From NCBI GenBank assembly GCA_943788235.1, contig CALSPM010000002.1:469983-533982 (forward strand): 64,000 bases of DNA, written 5' to 3'. The translations under genes were made by a program, and so were the position numbers. Source of the DNA: an uncultured Cyclobacteriaceae bacterium (GTDB lineage Bacteria; Bacteroidota; Bacteroidia; Cytophagales; Cyclobacteriaceae). Of the stretch, positions 1-8,736 are shown one piece after another. Each line of letters opens with the position of its first letter. Positions within the stretch are counted from its first letter, which is position 1. The notes under the pieces were generated by a model. It was not told the DNA's origin. It saw only the letters and a list, made by a program, of their open reading frames with translations, and did no database searches.

Positions 1-369
1 CAATTAGAGGGTGGCATCATCGAATATGCCCGACAAGTAAGAATACTTAATTTAGAAAATAAATTTAAAGGCAAGAATTTTGTTTTTGATCAACGAATGG
101 CAGAACGCATTTCTGAGGATATCATTTCATTTTGCCATCAATGTGGTGACCCATCAGATACTCATGTGAACTGTGCTAATGAGGCATGCCATCTTTTATT
201 CATCCAGTGCAGCAATTGTAGGAAAGCTATGGATCAATGTTGTACCAATGCATGTAGGGAGATCAATACCAAACCTTTAAAAGAACAAAAGGAATTAAGA
301 AGAGGTCAAAAAAATGAATCTAAAATATTTAAAAAAGGAAGATCTAAAAAACAAATTAAAGGAACTTAA
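1..369 (+). CDS. trhO: tRNA uridine(34) hydroxylase TrhO (rhodanese-domain YceA/UPF0176 family), C-terminal part; the 5' end lies outside the window
   Basis: Frame 1 is open from base 1 (QLEGGIIEYARQV..KGKNFVFDQRM). It continues into the track ORF 97..369, which has a Cys-rich tail (CHQCG..CAN.AC..C.NC). Assigned by motif recall only. Confidence 0.55.
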   Translation, partial: QLEGGIIEYARQVRILNLENKFKGKNFVFDQRMAERISEDIISFCHQCGDPSDTHVNCANEACHLLFIQCSNCRKAMDQCCTNACREINTKPLKEQKELRRGQKNESKIFKKGRSKKQIKGT

Positions 370-390
370 GAAGCACCTAAAACAGACGAA

Positions 391-1131
391 TTAAATATTC
401 TCGAGTTCTCTTTTCTTACTCCAACTTATTAGTTTTAACTGTTTAGACTCTTTATGATTGCAATATGTACATTGATAAAATTTTTCAACCAATCCTTCCT
501 CAAATTCAGATGCATCCTTCAATACTTTTTCTTTTCGTTCTTTTAGGGTTCTGAAATTACATGCTGGGCAAACAAGTGCTTTATCAGAAATATCATATTT
601 ATGAATAATTTTTTCATCAGATACTTCATCTACCCAAACGTCAAAATCAGCTTTTGAATCTTCCTCTAATGCAATCATTTCATCTGACATGAATTCATCT
701 TCCTCTAGTTCATTTAATAATTTCATATAGTTACCACTAGAGGATTTCAATTTACTAAAACGAATAGATTTTAGTCTTTTTTCCAAAACGAAGGGGTAAT
801 AAAACTGCAAATACATATTGAACCCATAAGCAATCATAAACGCAAACATGAAAGCCATAAGAGCAACAAAAATAAGCAACATCTGGTACCTATCGCCTAA
901 AGAATTAGAGATTTCACTAAACAATAAAAAGAATATGGCAACTGAAAAAAAATTGGCAGTTCTTTTGAGATATTTCACTTCATTATCTACTGCAAATTTA
1001 TATTTTTCTGATCTTTTTGATTTACTGCCAAGCAAAATGAAATAAATTGTTTGATTTAAAATTACCAACAATAAAAATCCATAGCTTCCGTTATTGGATA
1101 GTTGTATCCAAATCTCTCCTAATGCGTTCAT
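391..1131 (-). CDS. hypothetical membrane protein with a C-terminal double-CxxC zinc-ribbon-like tail
   Basis: 246-aa ORF. About four hydrophobic segments in the N-terminal half, an acidic linker, then CPACNF...CTYCNH. Convergent with trhO. Confidence 0.5.
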   Translation of the reverse strand: MNALGEIWIQLSNNGSYGFLLLVILNQTIYFILLGSKSKRSEKYKFAVDNEVKYLKRTANFFSVAIFFLLFSEISNSLGDRYQMLLIFVALMAFMFAFMIAYGFNMYLQFYYPFVLEKRLKSIRFSKLKSSSGNYMKLLNELEEDEFMSDEMIALEEDSKADFDVWVDEVSDEKIIHKYDISDKALVCPACNFRTLKERKEKVLKDASEFEEGLVEKFYQCTYCNHKESKQLKLISWSKKRELENI

Positions 1132-1268
1132 TGTGAAATAGTTAGTGTGTGGTCTATTTGTTATTAAGCAATGATAGTATAATTATTGAATAAATATAAA
1201 TAAAATCATTGGATAAGTAGTACGAACAGACATTTTTAGTATCATTGTTCCTCATATCTTTTAAATGA

Positions 1269-2012
1269 ATGAATTTATTAGGAATAGATGTCGGAGGAAC
1301 GGGTATCAAAGGAGCCATAATTAATACAGTCACAGGTCAATTAATTACAGATCGTAAAAGATTGCCCACTCCACAACCTGCCAACCCTCATTTGATCATT
1401 GAAACTATTGTTGAACTGATTCAATTTTTTGATTGGCAAAAAGAAATTGGATGTGGTTTCCCCTCTGTGATACAAAAAGGAGTCGTTCGTACTGCTTCCA
1501 ATATAGACAGGCAATGGATTGGATTGAATGTTGCAGATTTATTAACTGAGGCCTCAGGATGCCCGACCTATGTCATTAATGATGCGGATGCTGCCGGTAA
1601 AGCAGAGATTGCCTTTGGATCTGGGCAGTGTAAGAAAGGTAATCTCATTTTCCTTACCGTCGGTACAGGTATTGGCTCTGCCCTCTTTTATGATGGAAGC
1701 CTTTATCCTAATACTGAACTAGGTTTCTTGAAAATTAAAGGGCGATATGGTGAAAATTATGCAGCCAATTCTATAAGAGAAGCTGAGCATTTGTCATGGA
1801 GTCAATGGGGCAAGCGCTTCTCTCGCTACCTAAAAAGAGTCGAATTCTTACTCACGCCTGACCTATTTATTTTAGGAGGGGGAATTAGTAAAAAATTTAA
1901 CCTATATGAGCCATATTTAAAATGCGATACACCAATTATTCCTGCGCAACTAAAAAACAATGCGGGCATTATCGGGGCGGCAGTAGGTGCCGGACATTAT
2001 TTCGAAAAGTAA
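1269..2012 (+). CDS. ppgK: ROK-family polyphosphate glucokinase
   Basis: N-terminal GIDVGGTGIKGA, then NDADAAGKAE, TVGTGIGSAL, PNTELGF, and LGGGISKKF...NNAGIIGAA. Length and motifs are typical of PPGK-type ROK kinases. Confidence 0.75.
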   Translation: MNLLGIDVGGTGIKGAIINTVTGQLITDRKRLPTPQPANPHLIIETIVELIQFFDWQKEIGCGFPSVIQKGVVRTASNIDRQWIGLNVADLLTEASGCPTYVINDADAAGKAEIAFGSGQCKKGNLIFLTVGTGIGSALFYDGSLYPNTELGFLKIKGRYGENYAANSIREAEHLSWSQWGKRFSRYLKRVEFLLTPDLFILGGGISKKFNLYEPYLKCDTPIIPAQLKNNAGIIGAAVGAGHYFEK

Positions 2013-2017
2013 TCAGA

Positions 2018-3418
2018 TTAATTCCAATCTGAATGAAAAATACCTGGTTTATCTTTCCTTTCGTAGGTATGAGATCCAAATAGGTCTCTTTGTGCTTGAA
2101 TTAAGTTTAGGGGCAACTCAGCACTTTTAAGGGCATCAAAATAATTGAGAGCATTGGACAATGCCAAAGCAGGGATGCCCTTAGCCACAGTATATTGTAC
2201 GACTTTTCTTGTGGCGCCAACAACAGAATTAACTTTCGCAATGATCATGGGAGATAATAATAAGCTTTCCAGTGAAGAATCGTTTTTATAAGCTAGCCGA
2301 ATATCTTCTAAGAACCTTGCACGTATGATGCACCCACCTCTCCATATTTTCGCAATACGTTCCAAATTCAAATCATATTGATATTCTTTGGAAGCCCTGC
2401 TGAGTTGGTCCATCCCTTGTGCATAACTCATAATAAAGGCAAAATACAGGGCATCTCGCACCTCTTCTACACCGACTTCATGGACAAACCCACCTGATCC
2501 CTCTGTATATTTTTCAGAAGCCTTAATGCGAATGTCTTTCATGCCCGAAATTTGCCGCATCGAAACGGCTACGTCAATCGTAGGTATGGCAACACCTAAA
2601 TCCATGGCGTTTTGAGAAGTCCATTTTCCAGTACCTTTTTGCTTGGCTTTGTCTAAAACTTGATCTACTAAATCATCAGAAGTGAGGTCATCTTTTTTAT
2701 CAAATATTTGACTGGTAATCTCAATCAGGAAAGACTGCAAGACGCCCTGATTCCAATCATGGTAAGTTTGTTTCAAGCGGTGGTTATCTTGTTGTAATCC
2801 TAGTTTCATTATGTGATAGGACTCACCAATAAGCTGCATCAAAGCATATTCAATCCCATTATGAATCATTTTAACATAATTGCCTGCAGAGCCTTTTCCC
2901 ATAAAGTCTACACAGGGTTCGTTATTGACTTTAGCAGCAACTGCTTCAAAAATTGGCTTAATGATCTCGTAAGCCTTAGGGTCACCTCCTGGCATAATAC
3001 TCGGACCCTTTCTTGCCCCTTCAGATCCCCCCGAGACACCCGCACCTATGAAATGAATATCCTTAGATTTTAAAGAAGTAAATCTTCTATTGGTATCTTC
3101 AAAATGTGAGTTCCCTCCATCAATGATCAAGTCACCTGAATCCAACAATGGCAAGAAATCAGCAATGACAAAGTCCACAGGTCTCCCTGCCGGAACGAGT
3201 AGCATAATTTTCCTTGGCCTGGCCAATTTTTTAATGAATGCTTCTTTGTCTAATGTCCCCTCGATATCATCTGAGTGACCTTCATCTTTTAAATCTAATA
3301 CTTTTTGGGCGTCTGTGTCAAGACCAATCGCAGAGAAATGGTGATCGGCCACATTCAAAAGAAAATTTCTGCCCATCACTCCTAACCCTACTAATCCAAA
3401 ATCAAACAATTGTGCCAT
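2018..3418 (-). CDS. gnd: 6-phosphogluconate dehydrogenase, decarboxylating
   Basis: Start set at the ATG at 3418 (MAQLFDFGLVGLGVMGRNF, Rossmann GxGxxG). Motifs GGNSHF, GAGVSGGSEGARKGPSIMPGG, IHNGIEY and WRGGCIIRA are present. The 76 upstream codons of the track ORF are rejected. Confidence 0.9.
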   Translation of the reverse strand: MAQLFDFGLVGLGVMGRNFLLNVADHHFSAIGLDTDAQKVLDLKDEGHSDDIEGTLDKEAFIKKLARPRKIMLLVPAGRPVDFVIADFLPLLDSGDLIIDGGNSHFEDTNRRFTSLKSKDIHFIGAGVSGGSEGARKGPSIMPGGDPKAYEIIKPIFEAVAAKVNNEPCVDFMGKGSAGNYVKMIHNGIEYALMQLIGESYHIMKLGLQQDNHRLKQTYHDWNQGVLQSFLIEITSQIFDKKDDLTSDDLVDQVLDKAKQKGTGKWTSQNAMDLGVAIPTIDVAVSMRQISGMKDIRIKASEKYTEGSGGFVHEVGVEEVRDALYFAFIMSYAQGMDQLSRASKEYQYDLNLERIAKIWRGGCIIRARFLEDIRLAYKNDSSLESLLLSPMIIAKVNSVVGATRKVVQYTVAKGIPALALSNALNYFDALKSAELPLNLIQAQRDLFGSHTYERKDKPGIFHSDWN

Positions 3419-3444
3419 AAGAAAAAATATTATAAAAATTTCAA

Positions 3445-3452
3445 CAAAACTA
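3445..3452 (-). promoter_or_regulatory. candidate Bacteroidota -7 promoter box (TAGTTTTG) for gnd
   Basis: The minus strand reads TAGTTTTG, matching TAnnTTTG, 26 nt upstream of the gnd ATG. Confidence 0.35.
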
Positions 3453-3530
3453 ATAAAACAATAATCTCTGTGACAATAAATCAAATGGTAATTATTTAGT
3501 TTGTACTTGAATCCATTTTCACCAAAAAGT

Positions 3531-5060
3531 ATGATAAGCCACAAAGAAGTAGAATCACAAGTGCTGGTAATTTTTGGCGCTTCGGGCGATTTAACCTCAA
3601 GAAAATTATTGCCAGAAATTTTCAACCTATATCGTAAGGGATACATACCTAAAGATTATGCCATTATTGGTGTTGGAAGAAGCAATTACTCTGATCAGTC
3701 CTATCGGGAGAAAGCGGTCATTAACAATAAATATTTTAAAAAAAAAGAGAAAAGAGCTAAAGAGATTCAAAAATTTTCCGAATTGGTGCATTACACCTCA
3801 CTAGATACCAGTGATCCTTCGGCTTATGCTGCGTTGAAACATAATTTGCAACAAATACTGCCTGGACACTCTGACCCAAATGTTATTTTTTATCTCTCCA
3901 CCCCACCCATGTTGTACAAAACGATCGCACATCATTTGGCTGCTCACGATCTTAATATGGAAAAAGAGGGATGGAAGCGGATGATTATCGAAAAACCCTT
4001 TGGTTATGATTTAGAAACTGCGAGAGCTTTGAACATAGATCTTTTGTTGAATTTTAAAGAGGAACAAATTTATCGAATTGATCATTATCTTGGAAAGGAA
4101 ACCGTTCAAAATCTAATGGTTACGCGGTTTTCTAATAGTATATTTGAGCCTCTTTGGAACCGGAATTATATCCAACGTATAGAAATTACAGCAGCAGAAA
4201 GCGTGGGAGTAGGTGACAGAGGGGGCTATTATGAAGGTGCTGGTGCCCTCCGGGATATGATTCAAAACCACTTGCTTCAGTTACTCTCATTAGTTGCTAT
4301 GGAGCCTCCAAACCAAATGACATCGGAAGCCATACGGAACGAAAAGGATAAATTATTTCAATCATTGAGGCCGCTTTCTACTCAAGAGGTGAAAAATAAT
4401 GTAATTCGCGGGCAGTATACGAGTGCCAACTTCAGAGATAAACAAATCGTGGGATACCGAGAAGAAAATGGTGTACATCCAACTTCTCGGACGGAAACGT
4501 TTGCTGCCATGAAATTCTTTATTGACAATTGGAGGTGGGCAGATGTCCCTTTTTATATCAGAAGTGGCAAAAGATTACCCACAAGGGTTTCCGAGGTAGT
4601 CATACACTTCAAACCGAATCATCTTCATTTGTTCAAAAACAAAGGTTCTGATCATGCACACAATATCCTCATTTTCAGGATACAGCCCAATGAAGGCATC
4701 TTGCTCAAATTTGGACTGAAAGTACCCGGAGCGGGTAATCTAGTCAAGGATGTAAATATGGATTTCCAATATGATGACCTCACGCAGGATTATGTCCCAG
4801 ACGCCTATGAGCGACTTATTCTAGACTGTATGCAAGGAGACTCCACTTTATATGCACGTGGAGACAGTGTCCAAAATTCTTGGAAATTTATTAATCCCAT
4901 TTTAAAAGCATGGAAAGATGATCCTGACATTCCCATTTATGGCTATCCTGCAGGCACTTGGGGCCCTGAGCATATCAATGAATTAATTGAAGGTAAGGAT
5001 ATGGCTTGGAGAAATGCCAGCTCAAATCTTTCTCATGACGGTGAATATTGTGAATTGTAA
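3531..5060 (+). CDS. zwf: glucose-6-phosphate 1-dehydrogenase
   Basis: VIFGASGDLTSRKL, EKPFG, RIDHYLGKE, and a QNHLLQ-like segment. ATG at 3531 is preferred over the track's TTG at 3501. Confidence 0.9.
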   Translation: MISHKEVESQVLVIFGASGDLTSRKLLPEIFNLYRKGYIPKDYAIIGVGRSNYSDQSYREKAVINNKYFKKKEKRAKEIQKFSELVHYTSLDTSDPSAYAALKHNLQQILPGHSDPNVIFYLSTPPMLYKTIAHHLAAHDLNMEKEGWKRMIIEKPFGYDLETARALNIDLLLNFKEEQIYRIDHYLGKETVQNLMVTRFSNSIFEPLWNRNYIQRIEITAAESVGVGDRGGYYEGAGALRDMIQNHLLQLLSLVAMEPPNQMTSEAIRNEKDKLFQSLRPLSTQEVKNNVIRGQYTSANFRDKQIVGYREENGVHPTSRTETFAAMKFFIDNWRWADVPFYIRSGKRLPTRVSEVVIHFKPNHLHLFKNKGSDHAHNILIFRIQPNEGILLKFGLKVPGAGNLVKDVNMDFQYDDLTQDYVPDAYERLILDCMQGDSTLYARGDSVQNSWKFINPILKAWKDDPDIPIYGYPAGTWGPEHINELIEGKDMAWRNASSNLSHDGEYCEL

Positions 5061-5065
5061 AAAAA

Positions 5066-5773
5066 ATGAAAAAAATAATTTTTAAAACACCTCGTACCTT
5101 GGCATCCGCTTTTGCCGATCAGCTTGTAAACCTTGCTTGTGATAAGGAAATTGTTCATGTCGCATTATCGGGAGGAAGCACGCCCAAATTACTATTTGAA
5201 ATTTTGGCCGCGAACTATAAAAATGACGATTGGTCACAATTGCGTTTTTATTGGGGAGATGAAAGATGTGTAAGTCCTGATGATTCTGAAAGCAATTATC
5301 TTTTGGCAAAAAAGCTCTTTTTTGAACCCGCTAACATTGCTAGTGAGCATATTTTTAGAGTGCTTGGAGAAAATGACCCCAAAAAAGAAGCAGAGCGATA
5401 TGGAAATCTCCTGTATAAATCCTTACCCATAGTGAATGACCTCCCCTGTTTTGATTTAGTTTATTTAGGAATGGGAGAAGATGGGCACACGGCCTCTATA
5501 TTTCCCCACGAAATGGAATTAATGACACATCAAGAAGTTTGTGCGGTGGCCACGCATCCTACCAGTGGCCAAAAAAGGGTGACATTGACGGGTCCGGTCA
5601 TTAATAACGCTCGATCTGTAGTTTTTTTAATAACGGGTACAGCCAAATATCCTCGGATCAAATCTATTCTCAAAGATCAACGTGATTTTGAAAGCTTCCC
5701 GGCGGCGTATATTCAACCAACACATGGACATTTGACTTGGTACCTAGATGAAGCGGCATATGAAGGCGCCTAA
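5066..5773 (+). CDS. pgl: 6-phosphogluconolactonase
   Basis: LSGGSTP, WGDERCV, and LGMGEDGHTASIFP. It follows zwf by 5 nt. Confidence 0.85.
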   Translation: MKKIIFKTPRTLASAFADQLVNLACDKEIVHVALSGGSTPKLLFEILAANYKNDDWSQLRFYWGDERCVSPDDSESNYLLAKKLFFEPANIASEHIFRVLGENDPKKEAERYGNLLYKSLPIVNDLPCFDLVYLGMGEDGHTASIFPHEMELMTHQEVCAVATHPTSGQKRVTLTGPVINNARSVVFLITGTAKYPRIKSILKDQRDFESFPAAYIQPTHGHLTWYLDEAAYEGA

Positions 5774-6249
5774 AATATTGATTTTGATGGGTGTGACTTG
5801 TTCTGGCAAAACTGCCTTTGGAAAAGTGCTATCTAATCGACTTGACATCCCTTTTTTTGATGGTGATGACTTTCATTCAAAAGACAATATTGATAAAATG
5901 AAACGAGGTCACCCCTTAGATGATGAAGATCGCTGGCCCTGGTTACAAAATATTCATCAATTAGCACTCGATCATGCTAATGAAGGTGTAATTATCGCTT
6001 GTTCCGCCTTAAAAAAGTCTTACCGACAAGTCATTCAAGCTTCTGCAAGTATGGAATTTATTTATTTGAAAGCAGATAAAAAAACGATCGCAGAACGACT
6101 TGCATTAAGAAAAAATCATTTCATGCCCGCCTCGCTCTCTAGATTCTCAATTCGAAGCTTTGGAAGCACCGAAAAATGGGTGTATTCTTGATGCTACCCA
6201 GACATTTGATACCAATGCTGAATTAGTAGTGAACTACCTTCAAAAATAA
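5760..6249 (+). pseudogene. gntK: gluconokinase with a +1 frameshift near the 3' end (or a sequencing error)
   Basis: P-loop GVTCSGKT, then FFDGDDFHS..N..KM..G.PL.DEDRWPWL. The frame is lost after ..HFMPASL at the CTCTCT run (6135-6140). The expected tail LDSQFEALEAPKNGCILDATQ...YLQK* continues in frame 1 to the TAA at 6247-6249. Confidence 0.65.
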
Positions 6250-6286
6250 TGTTTGGTTGAAAATAGGTTGTCGGTATGATAATAGA

Positions 6287-6766
6287 TCAATCTACTGCCG
6301 CGGACGCAATGGCTTTAAAAAGCTTGCCATCAGAGATTAAGCACCCTTGTTCAACCATACCAAAAATTTCTTTTTCGCGATTTTCTTTGTACTTTTTTTC
6401 ATCCATAAAAACCTTCGCTCCACCAATAGGTTGTCCTAAAAGCTGTTTTATAGCGTGCTCATCATTAAAATCAATTTTATCAGCTCCATGAGGATCTAAT
6501 CGAATCCCTGCCATATAAATAAGGTCTGCCATACAACTAAAAGTAATGAGCTCCCCTACACTTCTGTATTCTAAAAATTGAGTTTTTCTCATAATGCCTT
6601 CAAAAACCACTTCGCTAAAGGCATCTATTATTTTATTGGATTTTTCAACATCATTTGCCAGCAGCTGTTCCCAATCATCTGCAATGACCCCGTTGACCAC
6701 TAAAAAATCTATAAATTCATTTTCTAAGGGTTTGAGTTCTTCAAGGGTGAGTCTACGATATTTCAT
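6287..6766 (-). CDS. conserved hypothetical protein
   Basis: ORF with a plausible ATG at 6766 (MKYRRLTLEELKPLENEFIDFL). No signal peptide or TM segment, and no family recognised. Confidence 0.45.
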   Translation of the reverse strand: MKYRRLTLEELKPLENEFIDFLVVNGVIADDWEQLLANDVEKSNKIIDAFSEVVFEGIMRKTQFLEYRSVGELITFSCMADLIYMAGIRLDPHGADKIDFNDEHAIKQLLGQPIGGAKVFMDEKKYKENREKEIFGMVEQGCLISDGKLFKAIASAAVD

Positions 6767-6933
6767 TACTGAGGAAAAACATATTTGATACCATTCAAAA
6801 AGCAATTTTAACGATTATTTTGTTTGCCTCCATATATAGATACCTTTGAATTTCATATTAAAAAACAAATCATGAAAAATAAATCGTAATAACTGCATTT
6901 TTTTGTAACTATATTGTTTCTGGCCAAATAGTA

Positions 6934-7690
6934 ATGGAATCTACTTATGTAGACGTCCCACTGAATAATCTTCAAAGATTTATCCAACTACACAAAAAGG
7001 TTACCGACCTCTCTCAAGGTGAAGATCGAACGGTTCAGGGCCATTGGGTCTATAGACATTGGTATGGATCAGGCGCTATTATTCTCATTTATGATGAATA
7101 CAATTCCGCACAAGATGCCATTCATTATAACTTCAATGAGGCCTATAAAAAAACATGAAGGTCTTTCGACAGATGCCAAAAAAGTAATGGATACTGTTTT
7201 TCACTTAATGATGGTCATTTTTTAATGATCATTGGGATGAAATGCGGGTCATAGACTATGAAAAGGCTTTGTGTCAAATAAAAATGCGGATTGGGATATT
7301 CATTTTGTTTTTGTGGTAGGATCTTACAATACCAAAGGTGTTCTCGCTGAGATGGCTGAGGCCTATATTGATTGACAAACTCGCCACTTGGTTGCCGATG
7401 GCTTACAATTGGGAGGTGGCGTAACCAATACATTATGAGGGATCAGGGGCAGATCTAGAGTTTGGTGCTTTCAAAACCATAGTAGATTTTTTCACTTCCA
7501 TCAGTACACAAGGAACAGAAATACCGCTGCTAGAAACAGCTTCTGAAACCTTTTGGATGGGCCGCATAACGATCAAATCTATTCACATGTCGGACATCTA
7601 TTAGATCGTACCTTTGATCTGGTTGGAAAAGATAAACTAAAGCCAAGGTTTTTCACTCAATCCATTATTGATTTTACCCTCCTATCTTAG
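6934..7690 (+). pseudogene. possible decayed gene remnant (ORF fragments in all three plus frames)
   Basis: Protein-like fragments hop between frames, for example ..DQALLFSFMMNTIPHKMPFIITSMRPIKKHEGLSTDAKKVMDTVFHL, ..VGSYNTKGVLAEMAEAYID, ..VADGLQLGGGVTNTL, ..GADLEFGAFKTIVDFFTSISTQGTEIPLLETASETFWMGRITIKSIHMSDIY and ..LDRTFDLVGKDKLKPRFFTQSIIDFTLLS*. The last fragment ends inside a terminator-like hairpin. Confidence 0.25.
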
Positions 7691-7700
7691 AGGGTTTTAT
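7676..7700 (+). terminator. rho-independent terminator-like hairpin with no intact upstream gene
   Basis: ACCCTC-ctatctta-GAGGGT followed by TTTATTAT. Confidence 0.4.
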
Positions 7701-7750
7701 TATACCTCTGAAGCTTATTTGAGGACATATATGCTTCTAAATGAGGACTC

Positions 7751-7798
7751 GAAGAAAAAAGCCACTTTTCTTCTCGTTTGAGAAAACTATTGGCTTTT
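7751..7798 (-). terminator. probable terminator of the desaturase gene
   Basis: On the minus strand, a long imperfect hairpin with outer arms AAAAGCCA/TGGCTTTT and inner arms TTCTC/GAGAA. It is followed by a U-run (TGGCTTTTTTCTTC). Confidence 0.5.
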
Positions 7799-7877
7799 CT
7801 TAATAGACGACCATTGGTCTTACAGATCATCTATCAAGTGGTAAATAATTTGGGTGATTAATTAAGGAGTTAATTCC

Positions 7878-8657
7878 TCAAGCAGCCTGTTTTTTCTTGA
7901 TTTCTTTTGGCAATTGAATTTCCTTCTGATCTTTTATCTGAATTACTCCCAATGCATTGAGCAACCTTATCACTTGGTAAGTCGGATCGATTTCATGCCA
8001 CCGTATGCCTCCAAAATTAGGCCTTGAACCATATTTGTGATGATTGTTGTGGTAACTTTCTCCCATCATTAAAAAATCAAAGGGCAAAAAGTTCCTTGAG
8101 GTGTCTTTTACTTCATAGTTTCTATACCCGTACTTGTGGGCAAACCAATTAATGATGGCACCATGGATAGGGGAAAATAAAAATTGCATTGGCAATAAAG
8201 CCCACAACCAAATTTCTGTTGCAAATAAATAATAAACACCCACGTATGCGGCACCCCAAAACAATCTCGATGGCCAAGACCTCGCGAATTTGTCAAAAAA
8301 CTCCCATTTAGGTACTCCGTCTGTAAATCGCTTTTCGGGCAACTCTTCACCACTGGCTATTTTAGAATAGATGGTTTTGGTTTTCCACATCATTTTGAAA
8401 ATGGATTCATCATATTTAGGTGAATGCGGATCATTTTCGGTGTCTGCAAAAGCATGATGCATTCGATGCATCACACCGTATCCAAAAGGACTTAAATAGT
8501 TAGAGCCTTGGAAAATCCAGGTCAGAACGAAAAATATCTTTTCTGTTTTCGGTCCCATCGTAAAGGCGGCATGGGAAGCATACCTATGAAGGAAAAATGT
8601 TTGAAAGAAAAGGGAAAGGTACCAGTGTGATACAAAAAATATGAGAATGATTTCCAT
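7878..8657 (-). CDS. membrane fatty-acid (acyl-CoA/acyl-lipid delta-9-type) desaturase
   Basis: Three His boxes: HRYASH, HRMHHAF and HNNHHKY. N-terminal TM segments are present. Confidence 0.85.
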   Translation of the reverse strand: MEIILIFFVSHWYLSLFFQTFFLHRYASHAAFTMGPKTEKIFFVLTWIFQGSNYLSPFGYGVMHRMHHAFADTENDPHSPKYDESIFKMMWKTKTIYSKIASGEELPEKRFTDGVPKWEFFDKFARSWPSRLFWGAAYVGVYYLFATEIWLWALLPMQFLFSPIHGAIINWFAHKYGYRNYEVKDTSRNFLPFDFLMMGESYHNNHHKYGSRPNFGGIRWHEIDPTYQVIRLLNALGVIQIKDQKEIQLPKEIKKKQAA

Positions 8658-8736
8658 AAAAAGGTTAAATTAAAAATGAATCTTACTATTATAAGATCCA
8701 TTAAATTTTCATTTGTTACAGAAAATCGAATTTTTT

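Noticed and set aside
3419-3646. 76-codon N-terminal extension of the gnd ORF in the six-frame track
   Set aside because: The Rossmann motif starts right after the internal ATG at 3418. The extension is hydrophobic/low-complexity, and it overlaps the zwf 5' end and the shared promoter region.
6135-6141. Programmed +1 ribosomal frameshift in gntK
   Set aside because: The sequence CUC-U-CUA has no prfB-like shifty stop, no obvious re-pairing codon and no upstream SD-like stimulator. A mutation or a sequencing indel in the CT repeat is more parsimonious.
7330-7640. Riboswitch-like fragments: GCTGAGA and CCTTTGATCTGG (TPP-like), GCCACTTGG (B12-box-like)
   Set aside because: The elements are about 270 nt apart, lack the remaining conserved cores, and are not upstream of any relevant gene.
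8108-8353. 81-aa minus-strand ORF in another frame of the desaturase gene
   Set aside because: It is embedded in the desaturase coding region, where the His boxes define the true frame.
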